Made by a program: the position numbers and the translations under genes
Notes under the pieces: model-generated
What the model was told of the DNA's origin: nothing
Databases searched by the model: none
Seen by the model: the letters and a program-made list of their open reading frames with translations, nothing else
Shown: positions 1 through 10,589 of the stretch, piece after piece
Layout: the number at the start of each line of letters is the position of its first letter
Position numbering within the stretch: position 1 is the stretch's first letter
Source of the DNA: a virus
Virus record (IMG/VR): IMGVR_UViG_3300045971_000149
Location: 93,926-157,925 of that record
Reading direction: 5' to 3' (one strand)
Length of the DNA: 64,000 bases

Positions 1-2
1 GT

Positions 3-428
3 ATACGGCAATGCCGAACACCACCGATTATAGTCTGCCTGTGTAATATGTTCGCAACTTGTGTTAATTATAATGTCAGCGTTACTTTTAATGTCACACA
101 TATTTGCTGTTACTGCGGTGAATCTACCTTGCATTTCTTCGCCCTTATTCATCATGGTAGCAATAGGTGCACAAGACGGATCTATATCGATGCTGCGAAT
201 ATTTCCTACCGGAGTATGACTTTGAAATAACATGCTAGCAAGTATGCCAACCCACCCTCCGTGGATATCAACAGAGGCCTGTTGTAATACAAAAGGCCGT
301 AGGTTACTAATTAACCATTCCTTACTGGAAATTTGTCCTTTCCAAAATGCATCTAGTGTACGAATAGGATTATCGCTTTGCCTAATAGCCTGCATCCAGT
401 AATGGATATGGTCCGAATCAAGTTGCAT
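3..428 (-). CDS. Putative class I SAM-dependent methyltransferase-like protein (partial, runs off the window start)
   Basis: Manual translation from ATG at 428: MQLDSDHIHYWMQAIRQ...VDIHGGWVGILAS...IRSIDIDP...IIINTSCEH. Has a glycine-rich motif I and an acidic motif II; absent from the ORF track because it is truncated. Confidence 0.65.
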   Translation of the reverse strand, partial: MQLDSDHIHYWMQAIRQSDNPIRTLDAFWKGQISSKEWLISNLRPFVLQQASVDIHGGWVGILASMLFQSHTPVGNIRSIDIDPSCAPIATMMNKGEEMQGRFTAVTANMCDIKSNADIIINTSCEHITQADYNRWCSALPY

Positions 429-1407
429 TTATTGGTATCACTTTTCTTTTTGGTATTTTACTATCAGCTGAACTAACGCATGTGGGAGTGATACATTTTG
501 CAGGAGCATTAAAAATAGTAAACCCGTTATCTAACGTTCCTAACATAGTATCGTGACAACTGTAACCACGTTTCACTTCGTTAGACTTAATTATAACACT
601 TTGATGACCACTATTGCAAGTCCAATCTGTAAACTTATTAAACCCGAATGAATTGAATCGTTCAGCTTGGTCAAGCAAGTATTCTGTATTATGGTTATCA
701 TATAACGCTATCTGATATATAGCTGCTCCGTTACTCCGCTGTGGGAATCCGGTTTGCATGAGTTTAATCATATCATCAGTGTATCCGCTTACTATGTTAG
801 AAGCAGTTAAGTCGCTTTGCGGTTTAAGTGTAACATTAATACCTTGCCTATTAAAATTAACTAATCGATCATACAGCTCGTAAAACTTTCCGGGTACCAT
901 AACTTGATTTACAGTAACATGTACATTATCGTCTATTAACTGTAACAGTTTGTCACTGAACTGATCTTCTTTTGAAAACTCGTCGTGATAGCTGGCAGTT
1001 ATGCTTCTACGTTGTAACATACTTGTAGAATCTGCCCAATTTCTCCACCAATTCTTACTAGGTGATAAGTTAGTAGTCATATGAATACTTTGATACGGTG
1101 TTTGAATACCATCATCAAGGTGCTTCGTTAACTCTAGAAGATGTTTATAAGCAGTAGGTTCACCACCACTAAAACTCCAATGAAATTGGTTAAAACCATT
1201 AGATCTAGCTTGCGACTTAATTTCGTCTATTGTGTGTTTATATAGTTCTAACGGCTGGTAATCTAGAGTATCTGATCTAGCATACGGCCAACAATAACTG
1301 CATTTATAATTACAAAATCGACCTAAAATCCAACTCACAGAAAACAATTGAGAATCGAGCATAGTCCGTTGACCAAAAACTTTTATAGTTTTCCATGGGA
1401 TGTTCAT
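418..1407 (-). CDS. Radical SAM protein
   Basis: CNYKCSYC (CxxxCxxC), SGGEPT and TTNLS motifs; C-terminal Cys cluster (SPASM/twitch-like). Confidence 0.9.
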   Translation of the reverse strand: MNIPWKTIKVFGQRTMLDSQLFSVSWILGRFCNYKCSYCWPYARSDTLDYQPLELYKHTIDEIKSQARSNGFNQFHWSFSGGEPTAYKHLLELTKHLDDGIQTPYQSIHMTTNLSPSKNWWRNWADSTSMLQRRSITASYHDEFSKEDQFSDKLLQLIDDNVHVTVNQVMVPGKFYELYDRLVNFNRQGINVTLKPQSDLTASNIVSGYTDDMIKLMQTGFPQRSNGAAIYQIALYDNHNTEYLLDQAERFNSFGFNKFTDWTCNSGHQSVIIKSNEVKRGYSCHDTMLGTLDNGFTIFNAPAKCITPTCVSSADSKIPKRKVIPINAT

Positions 1408-1471
1408 AATGTTATTTAATTGTGTACTTTATGCTAATGCAGAATACTGACTACTGACTAAATACTGTACT

Positions 1472-2215
1472 ATGATGCCATTTCTACATACCAAATTCCT
1501 TACGTACACAGAAGCAAACGTAATTCAGTTTAGCAATACTGTAGCGGTAAAACGCTTACCTACTACTGCTAGATTAGATGTTACTGCTACTGATGTAACT
1601 ATGTGGACAAATGAAGTTGATCCTGTAGGGTTTTCTCAAGTTAGTTGCTATAATGCATATCTATTTGAAAATACAGGAACATATCATTTAATAAGTGTTG
1701 ATAATACATTTAACATTTACTCGGATTTATATAAAGAAAGCATTAACAGTAATGCATATAAAATGGCAACTCCTGTATCTTCTGATCAAACAGTAATCGG
1801 AGATACAGGAAACAACCCGCTATTTCCAAATACTACTCCGTTATATTACAGTAAGTATTCTATGCCTGATGGGTACGGCCCTCCGTTTATGCTAGATTAT
1901 ATGACCGGGGCACTTACAGATGTTGCAGCATTACTGAAACAATTTATTAATGAATGGACAGTGATGTTTCAAGTTCTAAAACAATACGGCCACCCATTTC
2001 CTGTAACAATCGAAGTAGTTGATAGATTGCGAACAGGTAGTAATGAATATACTCATTATAAATTTACTCACCCTTTTAAGTTAGGAGTAAATGATGGAAT
2101 TGATGCTGCGATTACAAAGGTAGACAGATTATTGCATGGAATAAATTCCGACCCTACAATAATATTAGATATATCAACTTATGCGAGACAACAATGGTTA
2201 CCACTGAAAATTTAA
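1472..2215 (+). CDS. Hypothetical protein
   Basis: 247-aa ORF directly after a TAAATA late-promoter motif. Confidence 0.7.
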   Translation: MMPFLHTKFLTYTEANVIQFSNTVAVKRLPTTARLDVTATDVTMWTNEVDPVGFSQVSCYNAYLFENTGTYHLISVDNTFNIYSDLYKESINSNAYKMATPVSSDQTVIGDTGNNPLFPNTTPLYYSKYSMPDGYGPPFMLDYMTGALTDVAALLKQFINEWTVMFQVLKQYGHPFPVTIEVVDRLRTGSNEYTHYKFTHPFKLGVNDGIDAAITKVDRLLHGINSDPTIILDISTYARQQWLPLKI

Positions 2216-2404
2216 ATTGCATGGTAGTACTCTATTTAAATGATGCAAAAGTTGCTAGGGTCCCTTGTAATTTTTTGCAACATTTAATGCTTAATGATGT
2301 TTTAACTTATTTCGGACATCTTAATATCGAAACACTTAAATTCTACACAGATCTTAGTGTAGAAATGAACGGTGTGACAATTTTTAAGAAACCGTTAACT
2401 CAAC

Positions 2405-3073
2405 TTATCGGTTAAAGTAATTTTTCAACCAATCAAAATCGTTGATCAATTTAATTGCTTCAGTATTACCCGAGTTAAGTGTACCGTATTTTCTCCCTAA
2501 TACTGCGCCATCTATAGAATATTCGCTGTAGTCGCCGTTAGCAATAGTACACCATGTATCGAGGCGCTGTTCGGTTTCGGTATTAACTTGCCTGTCTATA
2601 CTTTTACTGCTAAGTTTAACGCATTCTCTAAATGCTGACTTCCAAGTATTAAATGGGTCAGTATTAAATCGAGTTATACTTGCAACCTGATCAATTGCCA
2701 TGAAGTGCTTACTGATCGAAGTTGTCATATCGATGCTATTAACATCCAATGCTGCTGTAGCAATACGGGGCAACAGTTTAACTCCACCGTTACCGTATGC
2801 TAATCCGTTAAGAGGATTAACTGCTCTATATACACAAACGATATCTTCTAGATCTAATTCAGGAGTTTGAAAATTAAAGTCCTCTGCTATTTCAGAGTCA
2901 CCATCTACTACCCAAAATCTAGTTGTAAAGCAGTTGTTAGCCGCATTGATATGAGCATTATGTATTCCTTTGACTCCGTGTATTCTACGAGCAAACGGAA
3001 ACCGATTCTTTAATCTTTCCCAATTAGCATCGGCATTAGATTCGTTATACGATATAAATGCAATATCAAACAT
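2405..3073 (-). CDS. Glycosyltransferase-like protein (GT-A fold)
   Basis: FISYNE start, RIHGVKG and VVDGD (DxD); paralogous to the adjacent gene. Confidence 0.65.
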   Translation of the reverse strand: MFDIAFISYNESNADANWERLKNRFPFARRIHGVKGIHNAHINAANNCFTTRFWVVDGDSEIAEDFNFQTPELDLEDIVCVYRAVNPLNGLAYGNGGVKLLPRIATAALDVNSIDMTTSISKHFMAIDQVASITRFNTDPFNTWKSAFRECVKLSSKSIDRQVNTETEQRLDTWCTIANGDYSEYSIDGAVLGRKYGTLNSGNTEAIKLINDFDWLKNYFNR

Positions 3074-3980
3074 GTTTACTCATTACCCACAAAATTTGTT
3101 CTTTGGTTTGATTATATTGATCTGCAAAGGTGTCGACAATAAACTCGCTAGTTACTGGATCAAGCAACACTGTTTTTATACCTAACTCTTGCTCGATTAG
3201 ATTACCGTATTCTGTTATAGCAGACGTAACATCGAGAGAAGAAACTTCTTTCCAAACATCTTTCAGTTTGTCAAAGTCTCGTACATCAAGGTGATTCCAC
3301 TCAGTGCAGTTTGTTTTATAACAGCCGTGCCTTGCTCCGAGGATTGCCCATAGTCCATTGTCAACATGAGATCCAATATTCATCCAGGCCTTTAGTCTAT
3401 GCAGGTTATGCCAGTGTAGTTTTTTAATGTCCTTTTCTTTAGGAAGCAGGCCGTTAACTAAACTCATCTTAACACCTTCTCTAAATCCCGCACGCCATGC
3501 TTGATAAGGACTTGCATTAGGATAGGTAACTGAGAAGCTATCCATCATCGGAATGTATCCTGCTTCCCAACAAAAGTCTACAGCATTTTTATCTACTGCT
3601 GCTGCTTCGTGAGTTCGCATGTTTAATACAAAGTCCTTGCGCCATAACTTTAAACTGCCGTTACCGTACCGTAAGCCGTTAAGCACATTAAGTCCTGGCC
3701 AGCTACATGCATCGGTAGAATCTGGAAGTTCTACCACTTGGTCGAAGAATCTTGTATCTACAATGTTATCTGCATCGACTGTAATAAACCAATCAGTTTC
3801 GCTAAGATTAGCGGCTGCTTTATGGCATTCGTCACTGCCTTTAACGCCATGCACTCGTTTAGCCCACATACATTTATCAACAAGGTCTGCCCAATTCTGT
3901 TCTGCGTTGGGCTCGTCATAGCTCATAAAAATGCAATCAAGTTCTGTGATGTTTAATTTTATCATAATTTTGATCCCCAC
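3066..3980 (-). CDS. Glycosyltransferase-like protein (GT-A fold)
   Basis: FMSYDE, RVHGVKG, TVDAD (DxD), YGNG and AWRAGFREGVK, shared with 2405..3073. Confidence 0.65.
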   Translation of the reverse strand: MGIKIMIKLNITELDCIFMSYDEPNAEQNWADLVDKCMWAKRVHGVKGSDECHKAAANLSETDWFITVDADNIVDTRFFDQVVELPDSTDACSWPGLNVLNGLRYGNGSLKLWRKDFVLNMRTHEAAAVDKNAVDFCWEAGYIPMMDSFSVTYPNASPYQAWRAGFREGVKMSLVNGLLPKEKDIKKLHWHNLHRLKAWMNIGSHVDNGLWAILGARHGCYKTNCTEWNHLDVRDFDKLKDVWKEVSSLDVTSAITEYGNLIEQELGIKTVLLDPVTSEFIVDTFADQYNQTKEQILWVMSKHV

Positions 3981-4510
3981 ACACTAATCTTCTCAAGTGT
4001 GTCTAATTCTAATTCTAGTGTTTTATCTATGCTCAATTGGTAGATATCGATTTTGTATTTTTTCAATAGCGCAGTTGGGTCGTTGTACTTAGTAACATAA
4101 ATTATACTATCGCCGTACCCTGCAGATATAGTTGTCTTGAAGTAATATTTAGACTGGGTAGACAATCTAGATGAATCAAATAATAATGTTAACTTATCGG
4201 AATGTTCAAACTCGATGTTAAGTTGATCAATGAATACTGTTCTATAATTTAAATCTCTAACTACATTGTTTGCTCTAGCGGATTTATTAATAGTTGTAGA
4301 TAATTTAGGGATAGGCTCAGCGTATCCAGTATTTGTTATACTAACAAAATACTCATGTAGCCGAAGAGGCCCTGAAATAAATTCAAGTGCAGTAGATTCC
4401 TGAATACGTGCTTCGCATTTTTTGTGTGGAATATCGTTATGAGGTGATCCGCCTATACTGTATATTTCAAAAGTATCAACATCATATAGTAGATAGAAAT
4501 CAGTGTCCAT
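3962..4510 (-). CDS. Hypothetical protein
   Basis: 182-aa ORF overlapping both neighbours in the operon. Confidence 0.7.
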   Translation of the reverse strand: MDTDFYLLYDVDTFEIYSIGGSPHNDIPHKKCEARIQESTALEFISGPLRLHEYFVSITNTGYAEPIPKLSTTINKSARANNVVRDLNYRTVFIDQLNIEFEHSDKLTLLFDSSRLSTQSKYYFKTTISAGYGDSIIYVTKYNDPTALLKKYKIDIYQLSIDKTLELELDTLEKISVWGSKL

Positions 4511-5321
4511 ATAAAGCCTCTAATGTTTTTATAGTAGACTCGTGTATAATATCTTTGTTTACATAATGAAGCAGCTCGTGTTGTTTCCATACTCCGAGGC
4601 TAACTTGTCCTGTGATGTCCATAGAAAATCTAAGTCTATCGGTCCAATCAATAACGTGGTCACTCCACCCTTGTACCATGCCCTTCATATGTGTGATGCT
4701 AGGTGTGTCATGCGATACTGCTAAGTCAACGATATCTAACATACTTACTGCTAATGCAAATGCTTCATCGGTAGGAATCGAGGTCATATGCTCTGCCGAA
4801 ATTAAATCTTTCAAAAAATATTGCGGATTGTTAGTGACTAATTTTACAGTATCAAAGAACTCTTTAGAAATTGCAGCATCTTTTTTAAAGTAAGTCCATG
4901 CATTATAAACATCAGGTAACTTATTATCTTCGAATACTTTGCGATAATAACCAAACTTGATCTTCTTGCCTTCAAATGTTTTGGCCGATGATGCGACTGC
5001 TATATCTCGGTCTTTTACCATATCCCAATAATGCGACATATCTTTTAAAAATAGCATATCCGAATCGAGTAATACAGTTTCATCGTACACTGCATAATCA
5101 AGAGCACGTGATCTAGCATCCATACCTAAGGGCCCGTTGTACGTGATTACGTTATCAAATATCGGGTATAACTCTATTACTTTAGCAGGGTTGTTTGTAA
5201 CTATTGCTACTTTATTATACTCATCCGGTTGTGTTATTTTTATAGATAACGCACACGCATATGCTAATCTAGTGTAGTCAATAGAATCAGTGTCTAATGC
5301 AAATAACAAATATCCTCTCAT
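4500..5321 (-). CDS. GT8-like glycosyltransferase
   Basis: LAYACALSIK N-terminus, TVLLDSDMLF (DxD), late His motif. Confidence 0.6.
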   Translation of the reverse strand: MRGYLLFALDTDSIDYTRLAYACALSIKITQPDEYNKVAIVTNNPAKVIELYPIFDNVITYNGPLGMDARSRALDYAVYDETVLLDSDMLFLKDMSHYWDMVKDRDIAVASSAKTFEGKKIKFGYYRKVFEDNKLPDVYNAWTYFKKDAAISKEFFDTVKLVTNNPQYFLKDLISAEHMTSIPTDEAFALAVSMLDIVDLAVSHDTPSITHMKGMVQGWSDHVIDWTDRLRFSMDITGQVSLGVWKQHELLHYVNKDIIHESTIKTLEALYGH

Positions 5322-6154
5322 TTGCTTAGTTCCAATAGTTTATCTAAATTTGCCAATAAACTTCGTTTATTCATAATATGAACATCCTGACCTTGACATT
5401 TTGTTAAAGCATAATCATCACCGCTTAATCTCTTTAATAAGAACACAAGTGATCCGTCGTTGTCTACTTTTAGTATTTCGTCAGTATCTCTATAAAACAA
5501 AGGCACTGGTAGTTCGCCGTGCCACATATCTTCGGGAAAACCGTTCATTGTAAAACATGCAATGCTGAATGCAAAGTCGTTTCTAAACTGGCGACTATCA
5601 AATTCGTACAATTGAGAAAAGTAAGAATATTCTTCTTTGATGTAATTAACTAAGTTAAACAGTATCTCAACTTCGGGAGTTTTGCTAAACATAATGTTAG
5701 TGGCCCATAGTTGGCGAATTGAATTGGGACTTATTCTATAATCAGTGTAGCTGTGTGTTTCCTGTTGTAATTCCATCATCCCCGGAGTGATTAGAAAATC
5801 ATGAGGGTCGTCCCAAAACTTACCAAGGGTATCACTAAACACAAGAAAGTCGCTGTCGATTACTAATGTCCTATCATATGGGGTAATTGAATATGCTAGC
5901 GATCGAGAACCATTAAAGAACGGCAACTTCTCCCCGGCTAATACTCTTTGATTAGTGCTATCATTAGTAATCTCTATAAGTTGATCAAACGGCAATACTT
6001 TAAACTTTGATTTAACATTATTAATAGTAGTGATGTCGGCAACTAACGATACAGGTACATTTAAATGTTTAACAACAAGAGAAGCAGCTAATACAGCTTG
6101 TGATCCGTAGTCCATTATCCCGTCGTGGGCAAAAATTAAACATCCACAATTCAT
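5318..6154 (-). CDS. GT8-like glycosyltransferase
   Basis: TPYDRTLVIDSDFLV (DxD) and FRNDFAFSIA; paralogue of 4500..5321. Confidence 0.6.
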   Translation of the reverse strand: MNCGCLIFAHDGIMDYGSQAVLAASLVVKHLNVPVSLVADITTINNVKSKFKVLPFDQLIEITNDSTNQRVLAGEKLPFFNGSRSLAYSITPYDRTLVIDSDFLVFSDTLGKFWDDPHDFLITPGMMELQQETHSYTDYRISPNSIRQLWATNIMFSKTPEVEILFNLVNYIKEEYSYFSQLYEFDSRQFRNDFAFSIACFTMNGFPEDMWHGELPVPLFYRDTDEILKVDNDGSLVFLLKRLSGDDYALTKCQGQDVHIMNKRSLLANLDKLLELSK

Positions 6155-6501
6155 AAATTAACAATTGCTTTGATTGTTCGTTTCTTTTTTAAGGCATCAA
6201 TATCCAATGTGTATTGGTTGATTACAGTAAAATATGTATTTGTAATCTGTTCTCTAAATTTAACAAGATCATCAACTCGAATTGGATTTTGAGTATCATC
6301 AAGCAAGATTACTGAGTTGGTACCTTCGACTGGTGTTATTAAATTTAAGAAAACAATTAAATTTCTATCGATGTAAAATCTCCCACCATTGTATCCAATA
6401 GTGAGATCTGATTTAAGTTTTTCTTGTAACCGTAATTTTTCTAAATATAGAGTTCGTCTAAACTTAGAGATTTCGAGAGCTTTTTCTAAACGAGTATCCA
6501 C
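6151..6501 (-). CDS. Hypothetical protein
   Basis: 116-aa ORF at the head of the operon, GTG start. Confidence 0.7.
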   Translation of the reverse strand: MDTRLEKALEISKFRRTLYLEKLRLQEKLKSDLTIGYNGGRFYIDRNLIVFLNLITPVEGTNSVILLDDTQNPIRVDDLVKFREQITNTYFTVINQYTLDIDALKKKRTIKAIVNL

Positions 6502-6548
6502 AATATTTTTCCTATTGTGTTAATTATACACGAACTTAATATGAAAGA

Positions 6549-7409
6549 TCAAGTAAATGCGGTATTTACAATGTTAGAAGTTGGAAGTAATCCAGTAAAT
6601 GCGCCTGTTGCAGCCAATCGGTACACATTCATTTGAACACCGGGACTAACATTATCTGGGCCACCGCTGATGCCGACGTGCCCATCTTGTAACACTAGCA
6701 TAAATCTGCATCCTTGATCACTAGTAATCTGTAATGAAAGAGTCAAATTATTTGAAGTATATGCACCACCACCTGTATTTGAATACAGTGTTAACAAATT
6801 GGATGGGGATTTGTTGCCTCTAGCATTCCAAGCATTAGTAAAATCAGCATAGGTAACTGTATAATTTACCGCGGCTAACTCAGTATGCCATGCAACGTCT
6901 TGAGCAGTATTTTGATTAGGCCCTGCTCCAACTATCTTAAATGTGCCACCTTGGTTAAAGTAAGTGTATAAGTTACTAGTGGTACCAAAATCATTAGTAG
7001 TTTGACCAATATTGGTTCCTGCCCAATTTCCGGTACCAGTAATCTGTTCAACCAATGTTTGAGTTCGCTGATTAGCTGCTATGTTAAGGCGATTAGTTAG
7101 TAGAGAATTAGCAATTCCATCTAATAACACTAAATTAGTATACGAAATAGTGCCGCTAACTGTGAATAATGAAGGCCAATTAACTCCGTTTTGATGAAGG
7201 TAACATGTGTTAACATCATTTACCAGGTGTTGCCATTGTAACGCAGTAATAACATTAGTTGGGTTAACTAGTGATGATGTTAAAATTTGTTCATAGCCGT
7301 AGCCTGCTGCGTATCCGCCGTATCCGCTACCGAACCCCAGTACTCCGTCGACCTTAACTTGAACAGCATTATAGTCTGCTCCGTAAATAATTTGTCCAAT
7401 GCCTGCCAT
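6549..7409 (-). CDS. Putative virion structural protein
   Basis: G/T/N-rich 286 aa; minus-strand TATAAATAC late motif at 7441-7449. Confidence 0.55.
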   Translation of the reverse strand: MAGIGQIIYGADYNAVQVKVDGVLGFGSGYGGYAAGYGYEQILTSSLVNPTNVITALQWQHLVNDVNTCYLHQNGVNWPSLFTVSGTISYTNLVLLDGIANSLLTNRLNIAANQRTQTLVEQITGTGNWAGTNIGQTTNDFGTTSNLYTYFNQGGTFKIVGAGPNQNTAQDVAWHTELAAVNYTVTYADFTNAWNARGNKSPSNLLTLYSNTGGGAYTSNNLTLSLQITSDQGCRFMLVLQDGHVGISGGPDNVSPGVQMNVYRLAATGAFTGLLPTSNIVNTAFT

Positions 7410-7486
7410 GTTTCAAACTCCATTGATTAATTTTGATACTGTATTTATATGACTATAAATACCTGTATAAAAATAAAGGATTCGAG

Positions 7487-7906
7487 ATGAGTGACTATAT
7501 CTTACAAGACATTACTAAAATTGAAAAAGAAGAAATTTACGTCAAAGCACTGCGTACTCCTATCACTCGAGATATCCAAGTAATACTCTCAGTATGTAAA
7601 GGTGTTACGGTATGGAAAGACGACGAAGTGCATGGCGGAGTGATGATGATAGGAAACCAATTGGTTGGGGCATCTATGGGGCACGGAAAATGGGTTCCAG
7701 GTTGGCCACTTTTGATAAACTGGGCACATACTCAAGCAGATACGTTTGACGCTGTTATCCAAGATGAAAAAACTGCTGACCTAACAATAAAACTAGGTGC
7801 TGTATCTAAAGTATTACTTCCAAATGGGTTTTTCCGAGTAACATTTGAAAAATCACACACTGAGGAAGTATTGGCAACTATTGACCTATTTAATATTACC
7901 CCGTAA
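7487..7906 (+). CDS. Hypothetical protein
   Basis: AAGGA RBS then ATG at 7487; TATAAATA upstream. Confidence 0.65.
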   Translation: MSDYILQDITKIEKEEIYVKALRTPITRDIQVILSVCKGVTVWKDDEVHGGVMMIGNQLVGASMGHGKWVPGWPLLINWAHTQADTFDAVIQDEKTADLTIKLGAVSKVLLPNGFFRVTFEKSHTEEVLATIDLFNITP

Positions 7907-7912
7907 AAACTT

Positions 7913-8359
7913 ATGGCATGCCGGATATTAATTATGGGCCTTCCGGGCTCGGGTAAAACCACACTTGCAAACTTGCTATCCAAAAGGTTGCAGGCAGATT
8001 GGTTTAATGCTGACGAAGTACGAAAGCAAAATGAAGATTGGGATTTTAGCATTACTGGTAGAATTAGACAAAGTGAACGTATGCGAGCATTATGTGATGC
8101 AAGCACAAAAGAGTTCGCTATTGCTGATTTTGTGTGTCCGTTGCCTGAAATGCGAGAAAACTTTTCAGCACATTGGACAATATGGCTTGACACAATACAA
8201 GAAAGCCGTTATACTGATACTAACAAAGCTTTTAACCCACCTAGTAGCTATGACTTTCGGCTTTCAACCCGAGATGCAGAAATGTGGGCGTTATTCATTT
8301 CAGAATACATATTAGCTATAACAGCAGAAAGATGCGTGATTCGAACATCCGAAGTTTAG
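7913..8359 (+). CDS. Adenylylsulfate-kinase-like P-loop kinase
   Basis: GLPGSGKTT, NADEVR, DFSITGR and DFVCP motifs typical of CysC-like kinases. Confidence 0.75.
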   Translation: MACRILIMGLPGSGKTTLANLLSKRLQADWFNADEVRKQNEDWDFSITGRIRQSERMRALCDASTKEFAIADFVCPLPEMRENFSAHWTIWLDTIQESRYTDTNKAFNPPSSYDFRLSTRDAEMWALFISEYILAITAERCVIRTSEV

Positions 8360-8568
8360 CTAAAGCAGTTAGTTGGCGAGTAACTGGTACCGTTGATACT
8401 TTTATTATCAGTTGGTTCATTACAGGGCAACCGTTATTAGCTACTGGAATTGCACTAACAGAAATTATAACAAAAGTATTTTTGTTTTGGGTTCACGAAC
8501 GAGCATGGAATAAAATAAATTGGGGAAGAGCAGATGTTGTACCAACCGTTAAAAACGCAAACGATTAA
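8332..8568 (+). CDS. DUF2061-like small membrane protein
   Basis: RSLAKAVSWR...HERAW...WG signature. Confidence 0.75.
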   Translation: MRDSNIRSLAKAVSWRVTGTVDTFIISWFITGQPLLATGIALTEIITKVFLFWVHERAWNKINWGRADVVPTVKNAND

Positions 8569-8775
8569 GCTTGCACCAACCGAAACACTAGAATACAATG
8601 CCTTAACAGGTGTTGTATTTGTTCCACAGCTTGACTCCAAAATTTATCTACATTGGATGGCCGGCGACAAGATCCGTGCCACATTCACGATGACCTACTC
8701 TACTAGAGTAGAGGGCGAATTTAAAATTATAAATGGTTCTGGAAAAGAAACAAGCATTATGGTAATACCTCTCGA

Positions 8776-8804
8776 TTGACATCTGCTGTAAAACCTGTTA
8801 TAAT
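8776..8804 (+). promoter_or_regulatory. Sigma70-type early promoter
   Basis: TTGACA-N17-TATAAT. Confidence 0.85.
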
Positions 8805-8810
8805 TAAAGC

Positions 8811-8990
8811 ATGAACAAAGAAATTAACGAATTGCAATTGCCCGTTGTTACAGATGCGCAGATAGAGCAATGGAAGTCTACTTGGGACGGAGTAAGTAAT
8901 CCACCCGACTGGGTACATGCACATATGTTGAAACAAATTCAACAGTCAAATACTGACTGGAATGAAATTCAAAGAAAGTTTCATAAATGA
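8811..8990 (+). CDS. Small hypothetical protein (59 aa, likely leaderless)
   Basis: MNKEINELQLPVVTD...; ATG 6 nt after the -10 box; stop overlaps the next start (ATGA). Confidence 0.55.
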   Translation: MNKEINELQLPVVTDAQIEQWKSTWDGVSNPPDWVHAHMLKQIQQSNTDWNEIQRKFHK

Positions 8991-9274
8991 AATTTACCGA
9001 ATTAGTTGAGTCAGTATCTAGTCAGCAATCATTTATTGAGTTATCTAAAGAACTTAATGCGTTAACTATAGAATTAGTTAAATTTAATGATATAGTTAAC
9101 GCAATTGGATACGATGCTGCTCGTAAGTTAATTCAACAACAAATCAATAATTCAATTAGTCGAGATTGGTATTATAAGCTATTAGCAACTAGTAATCCTA
9201 AAACAAACCAACTGTTTAATAAATTAGTTTCGGCAAGAACTCAATTACAGGCTAAAATTAACTCAGGAGTATAA
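8987..9274 (+). CDS. Hypothetical protein with MKFTELVE N-terminus
   Basis: 95-aa ORF sharing the N-terminal motif described in the findings. Confidence 0.6.
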   Translation: MKFTELVESVSSQQSFIELSKELNALTIELVKFNDIVNAIGYDAARKLIQQQINNSISRDWYYKLLATSNPKTNQLFNKLVSARTQLQAKINSGV

Positions 9275-9275
9275 C

Positions 9276-10589
9276 TTGAACCAATGCTACAACATTATTC
9301 GTGAACTCGAAGCGGACAATAGCCGCCTTGCAAAAGAAGCTATTGTAGAACGCGAAGCCAAAGCAAACAATGTAGAGTTGTTCGAAGGCATTCGACTTGC
9401 ATGTGACAACCTTATCACTTTCGGTGTTAAGAAGATCCCTACACACAGTGGCCCTGATGGTCAAGGCCTACCTTGGGTTGCATTTAAAGAATTGCTACAA
9501 TATCTACGAGTACGTGAATTGACAGGCGACGCTGCTCGCGAGGCTATTGAACTAGCACTTACTGTAAGCACACAAGCACAATGGAATGATTGGTACCGCC
9601 GTATCCTTATTAAGGACCTGCGTTGCGGTATGAGCGAGTCTACAGTAAATCGTGTGTGCGAAAAGAACTACCCACAGTTCGCTATCCCTGTATTTGAATG
9701 CCAACTTGCACACGATGGCGCAAAGCACGAAAAGAAAGTTAAGGGTAAGAAGATCCTTGACGGCAAGCTTGACGGTGTACGTTGCTTAACTGTTATTAAT
9801 ATGGAAAGCCGCACTGTACAACAGTTTACTCGAAATGGTCAACCGTTGGATAACTTCGGACACATCACGGCAGGACTAGAAGCAAACATTGCAGCCTTTG
9901 ATCGTAGCTGGGTGCTGGACGGCGAGATGACAGGTGCGTCCTTCCAGAAGTTAATGACTCAAGTTAAACGTAAGAGCGATGTGCAAACAACTGACTCTGT
10001 TCTTAACTTGTTTGATATGATTCCACTTAGCGAATTTCAGAACGGCAAAAGTGTTATGGGACAGAAGCGCCGTAGTGCGTTGCTGAAGTCCATGCAGCCT
10101 GTATTTGATAAAGCCGGTAGCATTGTAGTTGTTGATCAAATCGAAGTTGATTTGGACACTGAAGAAGGGCAGATAGTGTTCAAGCAATTCAACAAAGATG
10201 CACTAAAGGCAGGACTTGAAGGAATTATGATCAAGGATCCTAATGCACCTTACGAATGTAAGCGCAGTGTAGCATGGTTGAAGCAAAAGCCGTTTATCGA
10301 AGTTTCATTGGAGATTATTGATGTTGAAGAAGGTACTGGAAAAAATGTCGGACGCTTGGGCGCGTTTGTATGCTCCGGCGAAGATGATGGAGTCCTCATT
10401 ACCGTCAACGTTGGCAGCGGATTTACTGATGAACAGCGGATTGAATTCTGGAATAGTCGCAACACCCTACCCGGACAAATTGTTGAAGTCCGAGCTGACG
10501 CAATTACCCAAAACCAAGACGGAACCTACAGTTTGAGATTCCCTCGCTTTCTTCGCTTCCGCGGATTTGTTGCCGGACAGAAAATATGA
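9276..10589 (+). CDS. ATP-dependent DNA ligase
   Basis: KLDGVR (motif I), LDGE, EGIMIK, WLKQK, VGSGFTD and SLRFPRF; AGGAG RBS before a TTG start. Confidence 0.95.
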   Translation: MNQCYNIIRELEADNSRLAKEAIVEREAKANNVELFEGIRLACDNLITFGVKKIPTHSGPDGQGLPWVAFKELLQYLRVRELTGDAAREAIELALTVSTQAQWNDWYRRILIKDLRCGMSESTVNRVCEKNYPQFAIPVFECQLAHDGAKHEKKVKGKKILDGKLDGVRCLTVINMESRTVQQFTRNGQPLDNFGHITAGLEANIAAFDRSWVLDGEMTGASFQKLMTQVKRKSDVQTTDSVLNLFDMIPLSEFQNGKSVMGQKRRSALLKSMQPVFDKAGSIVVVDQIEVDLDTEEGQIVFKQFNKDALKAGLEGIMIKDPNAPYECKRSVAWLKQKPFIEVSLEIIDVEEGTGKNVGRLGAFVCSGEDDGVLITVNVGSGFTDEQRIEFWNSRNTLPGQIVEVRADAITQNQDGTYSLRFPRFLRFRGFVAGQKI

